In this document: positions 11,300 to 23,614 of the stretch, piece by piece
Layout of the letters: each line of letters opens with the position of its first letter
How positions within the stretch are numbered: position 1 is the stretch's first letter
Origin: Amphiscolops sp. MND2022
Lineage: Eukaryota
DNA length: 64,000 nucleotides
NCBI GenBank assembly: GCA_964187785.1
Contig: OZ076409.1
Span: 23,190,001 to 23,254,000 of the forward strand
Direction: 5' to 3'
Translations under genes and position numbers: made by a program
The notes under the pieces: generated by a model
What the model was told of the DNA's origin: nothing
The model's input: the letters and a program-made list of their open reading frames with translations, nothing else
Databases searched by the model: none

Positions 11300-11688
11300 G
11301 CTATGCGCTGTAGTTGGAAACCACTCAAAGTACCGGCAGTATGTCCGTGCAGAGACCCTTTTAGCCTGTCGCATTCCCCTCCAATGCAACAAGGGCGGTT
11401 ATGAACAAATGCGACATGATGAAATCCGAGACACCTTCGCCGCCAGCATGAAGGAGGTCTGTTTTGATGTCGAAATCGAGCCGAAGCTCCAGCCGTTAGA
11501 AGGCGAGTCCTTCGTTCATAAAACCACGTCAACTGAAGACGAAGCAAGAATAGACATTAAAGCCAATGGACTCTGGGATCCACGTTTCTGTCGAATTTTT
11601 ATCGACGTAGAATTTTTTGACCCACTAGTCAAATCATGCCTAAAAGAAATCAACGATGCATACAAGTTCCACGAAACACAAAAGAAAC
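11300..11688 (+). mobile_element. CRE-clade (RLE-type) non-LTR retrotransposon 3' fragment, left part
   Basis: C..GG...MRHDEIRD, VEIEPKLQPLEGE, ARIDIKANGLW, FIDV: zinc knuckle plus restriction-like endonuclease. Confidence 0.8.
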
Positions 11689-11957
11689 TGTACTGACCTA
11701 CATTAATAACCAATAGTATTTAGATGTTTATAGAATGTTCTAGAATGTACATTTATTTGTTATTGAATGATTGTAAATCTCTACTCCTTCAGAGAGAGAA
11801 AACTAATAATCAGTATTCAGTTGACTTCCTTTTTGTTCTACTCCTAACACCTCGGAATAGTTGTAATAAAGTAAGCTAGCTAGCCTGTCTCTCAGCCGCT
11901 TTTAGTAGTTGCGTAGACGACCATCAAAAACAATAACCAACCATTAAAAGCAGCACA
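11689..11957 (+). repeat. 5' LTR of element B (269 bp)
   Basis: TGTACT...GCACA; I count 4 substitutions versus 29895-30163. Confidence 0.97.
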
Positions 11958-11960
11958 ATT

Positions 11961-11975
11961 TGGTGCGACTTGTAA
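11961..11975 (+). promoter_or_regulatory. Primer binding site of element B (TGGTGCGACTTG...)
   Basis: TGG 3 nt after the LTR end; tRNA not identified. Confidence 0.7.
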
Positions 11976-12199
11976 AATTTTTCTTCTGCCTTTTCTCCTG
12001 GATGATTTCTCTTCTCTCAACAATCATACAAATACCACTCTCCATATTTGAAATTCTCTGGAATTGCAGTGAAATCTTTCTAGAATTTCTTGAAAGTTTG
12101 GTCTGTGACTTTCTAAATTTCATTAATAAATACATCATCGTTCGAAACACAATTTCTCCACTACAACAATCAACTTTAATATAACAAAGTTTCTTCACT

Positions 12200-12531
12200 A
12201 CCGGTTTATCACGTTTTCTAACACGTTGACACGGTTCTTCTTCCTGTTCTTCTAGCCATACCGGTTTATCACGTTTTCCAATACGTTGAAACGGTTTCAT
12301 TTCGGACTGATTTATCCATTGTGACACAGTTCTGTTTTTCTTCTTTTTCCAGACTGATTTATCCAAAGTGACACAGTTCTGTTCTCCATACTGATTTATC
12401 ACAGCTAATCCGGAAGCTTGTTGAAACAGTTCTCTGATGTTTGTCTGGTTTATCAAGGTTTTCTAACACCTTTGACACAGCAACATTTGTCTGGTTTATC
12501 AAGGTTTTCTAACACCTTTGACACAGCAACT
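12200..12531 (+). repeat. Degenerate tandem repeats in the leader of element B
   Basis: Recurring GGTTTATCA(C/A)G.TTTTCTAACAC units; near-exact ~46-bp duplication at 12440-12531. Confidence 0.85.
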
Positions 12532-14057
12532 TTCTTCAATCCTGCTATCTTGAACGTCAGGTGGACTCCTGGTGTAATAGTTGACTGAGTGCATGTCCAA
12601 CTCCGCTCACCTATAAGCACATACGTCTCAAGATCAACTTCGTGTTGGCAGAAAACCTGGATTTTCTACTTTTACGTTTCGGATCCCCTTTCTACAAAAT
12701 TTCCTACAAAAAATTTCAGAAATAGACTCTGAAAACAAAAAAAAGGCAACCAAAACTAACTACCAAAAACAACCACGCACTATTCCCTTTCTTTCCCCAT
12801 TGTCGACAAACAATACAAATAAATTCACAAAACTTAAATAATACAAATAACTTCAAAAATGTTTTCAATAACCAACAAAAATAACAATAACAAATAAACT
12901 CAAACTTACCTCAAGTACTTCCAATAATAATAATTTTAACATAATCCTACAAAACAATCATTTTAACAAAATACAACATACAATTTTCACAACTCTTTTG
13001 CTTTAAAACTTAAAATAAGGCATGTAAATAACACAAACAAAGTAAAGTTAGTTTTCTACTTTCAGGCACCCACAATTCCTATCCCCTCCCGTAAGACTTA
13101 GCCAATCAGACAGCCTCACCAGCGTACTCTGATTCTAAGACTGACTAAAAACCTTAGTTAAGTGTAAACGTTTTTAAGGAGAATCGAGAGGACACCGAAC
13201 TACGTTCGAATCTTCAAAATTCTCAGGAAGTAAAAAGGAAGTAAAAGAAACAAAGATCAAATTTTGATCTTGATCAGTATTGATCAGACTTTGGATAGTG
13301 GACGTTGATTGTTCAGAGTTCCACTCCTTTAGTCTTAAAACACACAACCCACTTAAAATTAAAACAACCTTAGTTTTTTCTGGACGTGTCAGTAACCTTA
13401 TGTTAGACACCTTAAAGTGATCCAGACTTAAAATAACATTTAGTTTCTGTTAGCAATCCTTTGAGGTTGAATACAGATCCTACTGCACCCGCTTATTTCT
13501 TCTCTATCCTAAAATATTAACTTCTCAAATAACTTCAAATTACAATACAACTTATATGAACCCAAACCAAGAAATTTATCCTTTCAACTTTTACATTCCA
13601 CCAATTAGCTCACTTCAAAACCCTACACCAAACGATTTTGAAAGATTAATTGAACGATATCAACGATATTTCTTCTTTATCATAAATCAACAAAGAAATT
13701 ACCCAAGAGCTCGAACTTAGAAAATCTTTATACAAGACATTTCAACGTTATAACCTTCACATTATAACATGTGGGAAAAGGTTACCACAGTAGTACTCAT
13801 TACAACATACACGTTTTGTGTCTTACTTATAGTTTGTGTTCTTCTTGAAAAAATACTTACAGTGATAAGAGATAAACTTTCAAAATGTCCTCAACGACAA
13901 CCCCTCTACCTTTCCAAACTCCCGTCATTAAAATGCAAAAGTTGTAAAATTAGAACTAAACCCATTTCTACAAAACATTATTTCACATTATACACAACCA
14001 CTCCCATTTGAAAATGAACCACACACAATTGAAACAATCCCTCTTATTAGAGAACAT

Positions 14058-17000
14058 TTGGACACATACCTTTTCTATATTAGATATAAAGTTTTAACAA
14101 TCACCGAAGAATACCCAACTTTTCAAATATCCTTTCCTCAACAAAGTATTAACTCATCTCATATATACAGAAGAACAATAAACCCAATAAACCTTCAAGT
14201 TCCTAATAAACAAGTTTTTCATGCTTTTCTAAATAATGTAAAAGACCACAATTTAGCACACGAAATTCCAGAATATAGTCCAAATGCACTCGACGATCTT
14301 CAACGATACATAGACAATTTCGACGTAGAAATTATTGAAACATTGGTTACTCCTGAAGACAACCCTCATCATTGGTTACAAGCTGATATATTACGAATTC
14401 AAAATTTCATCTACCACTACTTCAAAGACCTAACATTAAATGACCAAACAATTCCTCAGATCAAAGTAATATCTTTATTTCTCAGAAAATACTTCAGATT
14501 TAATTATCAACTATTATGTTCTCAACAAGATCAATCTGCTTTTACAGCATTTCCAGATCATTTTACATTAAAAGAATGTTTACCATTCATCATCAGTGAA
14601 CAAAATGAACACCCTTACTTTCATAAACCACAATTAATTACAAAACAAACCTTAGATTACATACGTTTCGATCCTCTATTAATTACAGAAAATGATCTAT
14701 TCCCAGATAATAGACCTTACCACTATCAACAAAATTCTCAAGATCAACAAAATTTACATTTTAACACTAACAATTCTACTGAAGATGATAACACCGGTCA
14801 GGAAAATACAACCCAACAACAAAATCAACCTGAAAACTATAACGATAATGAGTTTACTACCCAAGAATCTACAATCTCAACATATAATCCATCACAAACA
14901 GGGACATCAACATCAGTACATACTCACTCCTTTAGAGTTCCCACTAGAGTTGTAAATCAAAGACAAAATATACATAGTCCTCAATCTCATTTAGATACAT
15001 CTCCAAACCGTAATATAACTTTTAACCTTCCACATACAGATGACATAAACGATGAAACCCATGATACATTACAATATAATACTATGACTACATCTAGTGC
15101 TCAGAATACTTCTGCTAATGTTGCATCTCCAACAAGAACTACCTCTGATTCTACAAGATACATTACTCGACCTAGATATGATCCTCCATCAATTCCCTCC
15201 GCCTTTCGCCCAAACAGATCGACCACATCTAGTAACAATTTTAATGATAATCCTCAAACTTCCAACCGATATTACGATCCATTTAATTATAACTTTTATC
15301 CTCCATCAAACACAACTACCAATACAAATATAAACCAAAACCACTCTCAAATTAATACAATTTCAACAACACAAAACCCCTTCATACAATTATCAAATAC
15401 CAATACGTCTCAGAATATATATTCTCAAAATCGAGGAACCTCGTGTACTTCCATTTCTTATTCTAATATTACACAGGATTCTCAAAGAAGACTTCATAAT
15501 CCTCCACTTACACATATCCCAACTGATCCTCTGTATCGAATGCATCCAAATCCAAATCTTAACCCTAATCCTAACCCATTCTCACCAAATACAGTCCAAC
15601 ATATACCTCCACCACTCACACAACAATTAGCTTCTTCACCCCAATATCTACCAATGCCACAAGATACCTTTATAAACATGTCCGCTTCAATACCAGAACC
15701 TATGAAACCTTTTGATGGTTTGGACCATTCTTACACCCCCGAAGAATATCTACAACAAGTCGAAGCAAGATTAACCTTCGCCATAGGTGAAGAACCTCAA
15801 AATAATCCTATAAAATACAAATCTTGGCATAATAGACGCATGGCTTACATACAATGTTCATTAATAGGAACAGCTCTCGATTGGTACACTAACCTCCATA
15901 CATCATATAAACAACAATGGAATTCCTTTGTACAACTATTCAAAAAACAATTCTCATCTCAAAAAACTGCTTACTACGCTCAAGTAGAAGCTATGTCACT
16001 CATAAAAAAGGATAATGAAACAGTTCGCCACTTCGCCCTTAGAGTACAACAATTAGTTAAAAAGGGATGGTGTAATGAAAATGCAGCTACCATAAATCTC
16101 AAAAATAATGAAATCTTTACAAAAGGGTTAGCAAAGAAGTTAAAAGATTTTGCCCATAAACGACAAGTTAAACATGTATCAACATTACTTGAACCTTCAA
16201 TACCATTTCATACACTTGTTAGACATGTCGATTCTGAAGATATTGCTAATGAAAAAATCAGAACTAACGACTTGACCCTAGAAATAAACAAAGTATCGCT
16301 TGAAGAGGATACTAACAAAAAAGAATTTGAATACGAAGATCAGATAATGGTTACTCAAACTGGAGACCCAAATAACAAAAGCAAACCAGCGTATAGAAAA
16401 TATTGTTCCTATTGTCATAAAAATAATCATAGTATTTCAAATTGTTATCAAAAACAACGTGATGACGAATACCAGAAATACAATAACCAAAGATCACGAA
16501 CTCCTCAACAATCCTTTGTACAATATTTTCGCAGTAAACCTAATAATCCTCAGGAAAATCGAAATGAAAATACAAACTCTTATTCCTCAGATAATGATCG
16601 TATTAAATATAATCAAAACTACTATAATGATAGATACAGAAACAATGATAGATATCGTAGCAATAGTAGAAAATATTCGCAAAACACCTATAGATCAAAC
16701 TCTCGACAAAGATATTATAATCGATCCCGAAGTCCGTATAGATCTCGATTTGATAATTATTATCAAAGAAGAACACCATCTAGATCTCCATATAGATCTC
16801 CATACAGAAATAACTCAAATTACAGATATAATTCTCGCTCAAGATACAGATCTCGTTCTCAATCACAAGGAAACTCCTTTAAACGATATAATTATCCATA
16901 TAGATCTCCATCAAGACCTAGAGATTTTAGATCAAGATCTAGAACACCCTCAAGAAACAGACAACAAAACAGAATAAATCAAGTAGACGTTAAATCCCCA

Positions 17001-20000
17001 AAAGAAAATGATAGTACAAAATTTGAAATCCACACCTGTCAAATGACTGAAATAGCTAATACAATCACCCTTTATAGTTGGTTTTATCCACTATATATTC
17101 ACGCCTCTGAAACAAATGACAACATATTACCTTCAAAATTAGAAATCTTATTCCTTTTAGATACTGGAGCTTCCATATCTGTTTTGAATTTACCAACATT
17201 TCATGTAATTTCCAAACAATTAAACATCAATGTTCCAACTAACCTCCAAAACAAAAGAGCCAAAACTCTTACAGTTGCAAACCAAACTGAAGTACCAATA
17301 ATACATTTTATTTCGATGACCTGTTTCACTGAAGTAAATCACAAAACACGATCCTTCAATATCGATTTTGCCGTAGCAAATATCAAATACAACATTCTTG
17401 GAACACCCTTTTTCAAAAAGCACATCCAAAATATTGATTTTCAACAAAACATTATGACGTACACAGAACAACATCCAAAGCTTTCAACAAAAACTACATT
17501 TTCTACATTTACAGAAAAAGATTATCCATATATTTCTTACATTTATACTATTAAATGTAAGGAACCAATTCACTTTAAACCAAGGTCAGGAAAAACCATA
17601 CATTTTCCAATTAAAAACTATTCAAATCTACATTTTGAACTCGAAGATAATACGAAGTTCTACCCAACAAACCCATATACATATTTCTTACAAAAATTTA
17701 AAAATATCTTTCATTTCTTAGATATGATAGTCAATGAAAAAAGCAAAGACTCATGTGCAACCATAATTCAAAACTTTACATCTTACCCAGCTACATTACC
17801 ACGAGGAATTATTGGATATATAGAAATACCTATTACGCAAACAACTCCTCCTCACTACAGAGTTAACGATGTAAATTCACTCACTCACTCTGTAATACAC
17901 GCATATCACCCTGATACCACAACCCCGATTAAACAAATTCCATATACAGATATGAACTTATGTACTAGGGTAATACCACAATCCCTATTAGAAATAAACA
18001 AGATGGAAATTAACGACAAAACACTTCAACTTCCTATACCTTCTGTTACTGGAAACCTTCGACATTCAGATAAAATTCGAAAAGATTTCCCTCCATTAAC
18101 CTATTCTACAGAAAACCAACAATTCATAAAGAAGTTCAATTTCGAATACTCAGATTTAACCGATACAGAAAATGTAAATCTCTGCAATATTCTAATTAAC
18201 AACCAAAGGTGTTACGCCAAACATAAAAACGACGTAGGAAAGATTTCTACTCCTTTTCGAATTATAATAAAAGATAATTGTAAACTTCACACACAAAGAC
18301 CTTCTAAAGTACCTATCCACTATAGAGATAGACTAAATAAACTTTTACTAGAACTCGAAAAATACAACATCATAAAACAAATTGGTTCGACAACAGATGA
18401 AAAACATACTATTGGAACAACATTTTTAAACCCTTTAATTATTATCCCAAAAGGAGACGCAATAAAAGTTGTTTTAGACGCAAGACATCTAAACTCAAAC
18501 ACTAACCAAGAACTTGAATCTTGGCCTATTGAACCTTTAGCTCCTCAATTAGCTAGAGCAAATAAAAAATACAAATCAACTATTGATCTAATGTATGCAT
18601 ATGCTCATACACCATTAGATGAAGAAACAATTAAACTTACAGGATTTTCATCCGGTGACAAATTATACGCCTTTATCCGTGGATTTTACGGATTAAAAGG
18701 ACTTCCAAACTTTTTCACAAAACAAATGTCAACTTTCTTTAGATCACTTATAGACAAACGTTCTGCGTTAGTTTATATAGATGATATTCTATTACTCGCA
18801 AATGAAAAACAAGAAATGTTTGAACTTATAAAAGAATTACATACAATAGCATCTCGAGAAAATCTCAAACTTGCACCTGAAAAATCGTTCTACATGTTAC
18901 TCAAAGTAAAATTCCTTGGACAGGAAATTGGTAACAACACAATTAAACCAATTCCATCCAAAATTGAAGCTATTAAAAGAATCCCATCACCAAAAGAAAA
19001 GAAAGATGTTATGCAATTTCTTGGCAGTGTTAACTTTTATTCAAAATTCATTGAAAAACTTCATATAAACTTTAAACCATTGTATACATTACTACATGAT
19101 GATGTTAAATTTCAATGGACACCTGAATTAGAAAAACTATTTCGAAATGTTAAAAACGCAATGACAGCAGACACTGAATTAACAATACCCAACACCACGC
19201 ATCCATTTTTTATAACAGTAGATGCTTCGTTAGTAGGTTTAGGCGCAGTCTTATTCCAAATGAACGAAGAAAATAAGATGAAAGTAATCTCTTATAACTC
19301 CAGAATTCTCAATACACAAGAACAAAAACTTTCAACTTTAGACAGAGAACTTCTTGCAATAGTTTACGCATTACAAATATATGATTTTTTGATCATTGGA
19401 TCTCCTCATCCTATATATCTCTTCACAGATCACAAGCCTTTACTACATTGTTTCGCAAAGAAAGGAAATCTTAGTCCTAGATTCTATAGAGCACAAATGC
19501 AATTAACCAAATTCTCCAAATTAAAAATCATTCATACCCCTGGAAAAAATTTAACTGTGGCAGATATGCTTTCAAGAACCTTTACAAAAGAACAGCTACA
19601 AGTACACCAATTACGACACAAACAATTACCACCTCAAATAGATTTCTCTATCATGAAAGATAATTAACTCAAACCAGTACATTATTTAGTAAAACATGAA
19701 GAAATAAAATATAATCAAAAGAATGATTGTCATCCTATCCTTGCTGACTACGGAGACGACCAATTCTCCATCCGTATAAATAACAAAGGAGAAGATATAC
19801 ATATAAAGCCTTTAGATTCCTTCTCTTTTCAATCTATTGTTCCATTCGAATCAAAATATAAAAAGCCTACAAAAAAACAAGCAAAATCTCTTTTACAACA
19901 ATCGACAATTCTTAATGATACTGACATTCTTAGTGATGAAGATGAAATAACACCATCAAATAATATCCAACAACAAAACTCGAACATAGTAAAAGAATAC

Positions 20001-21921
20001 ACCCTCGCTATACAATATCCTACCAAATCTGACTATTGTAGACAACAAGTTCCATTTTTTGATCCATCCTTTTTCAAATACAAAAAATATTTTAATTACT
20101 TCTTCCTACCAGAAGATACACAAATAACCATTGAAACAATAAAAGCTCAACAAAATTAAGATACTGTTTTACAAAAGGTTTACCAATGGATACTTAATAA
20201 TGAAAGACCCTTACAAATAGACCCAACAATTGCAGCTAACTCTTTCTTATTAGTATATTACAAACTCTTCAACCAATTATATATTAATCATGATACAAAA
20301 ATTATTCACATAGATTATCCTAATCTTCACGATTCCAACCCGAATCAAAGAGACAAAATATGTCTACCATTTAAACTTTTCCACACAGCTTTTAACAAAC
20401 TTCATGCTCATGGACATTCAGGAATAAAAATATCCATCAAAGCTTTCAACCAATTTTACTTCATACCGTACCTGAATAAATGGATGTCAATATTCATCCA
20501 TGATTGCATTGAATGCCAACAAAATAAACATATTAACCAAAAATTACAAACTGCATCTATACAAACCTTCTCAGAAAATGCTTCATATTTTAATTACCGA
20601 ATATCAATGGATACAAAAGGACCTATAAACCCACCATCAAATCAAAATTCATACATTCACGTTATAGTAGACGCTTTTAGTCACTTTGTAGTAACAGTAC
20701 CCATAAAACAAAATAAAGCTCAAAACGCTGTTAACTCATTACTACATCATTGGATAACAAAATTTGGACCTCCTGTATACCTAGTTACCGACCCTGGAAC
20801 AGAATATATTATTTCAGAATTTGCAAATCTTTGTACCACAATGGGAATTAGACATTCACCAAGAACTCCTCATGCACCATGGACAAATGGTTTAGTTGAA
20901 AATCAAAACAGAAATCTTGGAACTCATCTCAGACTTTTCTTACATAACACTCCAGAAAATTGGTCAACTCAAGTCCATATGTATGCTTATGCACATAATT
21001 CACAACCACTTTCTGAATTAAACTTATCTCCATATGAAATAGTATTCCATACTATACCCAGAATTCCAATCAACTTTGAACTCAATCTCCAAAGAGATAC
21101 ATATAGAAATTGTACTTCTCAATATTGTCAAGAATTACCACTTCATACACACTATGAAAAATCAAATCTAAACCCTTTCTTTCATAAAATTTTATCTAAA
21201 CCAATTCCACAATGGATCTTAGCTACTGAAACTGCTATGATACAGATATACCATACGGTATATGAAAACACAAAAAGAAAGACTAATTCCTATGCTTATT
21301 TTAACAAAACATATCACAATCCAAGACCCTTAGATATTGGTACATTTGTACTAAAAAGAAATTTTCTCCATGTTCATTTTTCCGATTAAATTAAAACCTC
21401 TCAGAATTGGCCCATTCAAAATTATTAACAAACTCTCCGATATAACATATGAAATTGTTAATCAAGATGGTTATACATCGCACATACATAGAAATCATTT
21501 AATTCCTTATTATCCAAAAGAACCAGTTATTTTCCCTTTCATACAACAATATAACCCTCATTTATTTAATGATTGTCATTCAAATACAAACGATCAAATA
21601 ATTAACTCTCATGAAGACAAATTTACAGACGAAGAACAATTTCCTTCCACAACATTTAATAAAGAAACGGATATACCATCCACGATTGACTTACAACCAG
21701 AACCATTTAACCAATATTTTTCATTTCCATATAAACAAAAAGAACAAATTCCTCAAAATACCTCCCTGGATAACCAATCAGATGTTCATGATTATGATAA
21801 TTTTATTAATCCCCGAAGACACTCCTATATTAGATACAATTTCCGCTCACAACCAAGAAAAGACTACCGACTCTTCCTTGGTGAAAAGGATATAATTTCA
21901 CTTTCTCAAAAATCCTGCTGA
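14058..21921 (+). pseudogene. gag-pol: Element B gag-pol polyprotein (single frame; stops at 19665 and ~20158, frameshift at ~21380)
   Basis: MKPFDG, TALDWY, CSYCHKNNHSISNC, LLDTGAS, YIDD, VDAS, TDHKPL, ADMLSR, HAHGHSG/CIEC, ISMDTKGP, VDAFS, IGPF; a disrupted N-terminus probably begins at the ATG at 13556. Confidence 0.93.
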
Positions 21922-22132
21922 AATACGGAATACAGAAAGAAATACACACAAAGAAAGTTTGAAAGAAAGAAAAAGTTTGAAGCTTAATGCGAAAATAAAT
22001 GAAATTTATTTCACGAATGAGAATAAAAGAAAGAAATCCTAATTGATATAAAACTATAACTATTTTACAAGCTGAAACTAACTATCATAACACAACGATT
22101 TCAAAATTGATAGACATATTCACTCACCATCA

Positions 22133-23614
22133 TCAACTACAAATAACTCTTTTTCTAGTTCAACACATTCACTCCAAAGATTACCTGAATATACAGCATA
22201 TTTAAACTCAGATACAGACATACTGGATTCCTCATCCTCAAATCCCAGTCCATCCGCTCCATATACTCCTTATAGAGTACCAACAACACCCACTAATACA
22301 CCTATATCCCAAACTCAACCACAAATATTAACAACTCAATCACAACCTATTTCACGAAATCTAACATTTTTAGAAACAAATTCACCACTTTCTGACTCTA
22401 ATGATGAAACACCTACAATACCAAATACACAAGATACTTCAGATATTTTGAATAGACCTCCTCTTCCACCGATTACTACCACTCGTTCTATTCATATCCC
22501 TGATCCTAGCTCAGTCCTACAATACATAAATCCTTGTCCACACAAAGTACCAACTGCAACGAAAACAAAAAGAAAAACTCCTTTACCTACATTACCACAA
22601 AATCTTGATTTACCATCATCAAGTAATATCCCAATAACATTTTTACCAGAACCTTCATTAAAATCACCAACGAAAAAATCACAACAATACCCAACTCCTC
22701 CACCATCGGAACTAAGTTCCTTCACATTTTCTCAAATATATCCCAAGCTTGAATTACAACGTGTACATTCAACAACTACCTCTTCATTAACAGATTTATA
22801 TCATAAAGATAAAGACTCTGACTCAACTGCTAGTACTAGAGTACCAAGACATAATTATAACCTTCGATCTCAACAACAAAGAGATTCTCAAGAATTACAA
22901 TCCTTAACTAGTTCAAGTACAAACTCAAGACTACTTCGACAACACGCCCAACCCAGATTGGACACTTCTTCTCTTTCCTCATCTCAGCCCACTATACCAT
23001 CTTCTCTATCACTACCATTTCAAATCACATCAGGATTTGAAACAGCCTCTCTTCTTTCTGAAGAGCCAGCAACTATATCAGATAGCGCAGCTAATTTTTC
23101 ATGAGTTTACTCACCTAGTTCAATAGCATCAAACTCCCCTATACAATTACCTGAATATTTTTTAGAAGAATCCTCAAGACCTCCATCGCCAAATCCTCAC
23201 GAATATCCTATTCGTGTTAACTCAAAAATTGTTCGCACGCTTAACGAAGATCCTCGATACACGGTATTACCTGCAAGATTTATAAACAATAGTTCACTCT
23301 CAATTCAAAGAAAACAAAGAGAACTACGAAGATTACAAGAACAACAACTCACATTAAAATTTGAAGTAGAAGTCACATTCAACTCGTTAGGACCTCATCC
23401 ATTCTCTCTTTCAACAAGAGTAGCACATAAAACAACCCCATCACCATTCATTGTTACCTCCATTTCCTACCTTTGTGACGCAGATTTACCTGAGATTAGA
23501 ACAGGACAAATAAACTTTTTAATCCCTACTCAGGACTCAATTATAGATCAATATTTTAACCATGAACCAAATCACCTTTACCTTTCATTTAATATATATA
23601 ATACAAGTTGTTAA
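22133..23614 (+). pseudogene. Element B ORF between pol and env: Ser/Pro/Thr-rich with a more complex C-terminal ~110 aa; function unknown
   Basis: The frame of ORF 22448-23104 is open upstream and continues past one stop (23102); no ATG seen, so it may be spliced. Confidence 0.6.

Noticed and set aside
11944..12456. 170-aa antisense ORF in the leader of element B
   Set aside because: Built on tandem repeats with a non-ATG start; no independent coding evidence.
12200..12531. Repeat array superficially like CRISPR
   Set aside because: Degenerate tandem units without unique spacers, eukaryotic TE context, no cas genes.
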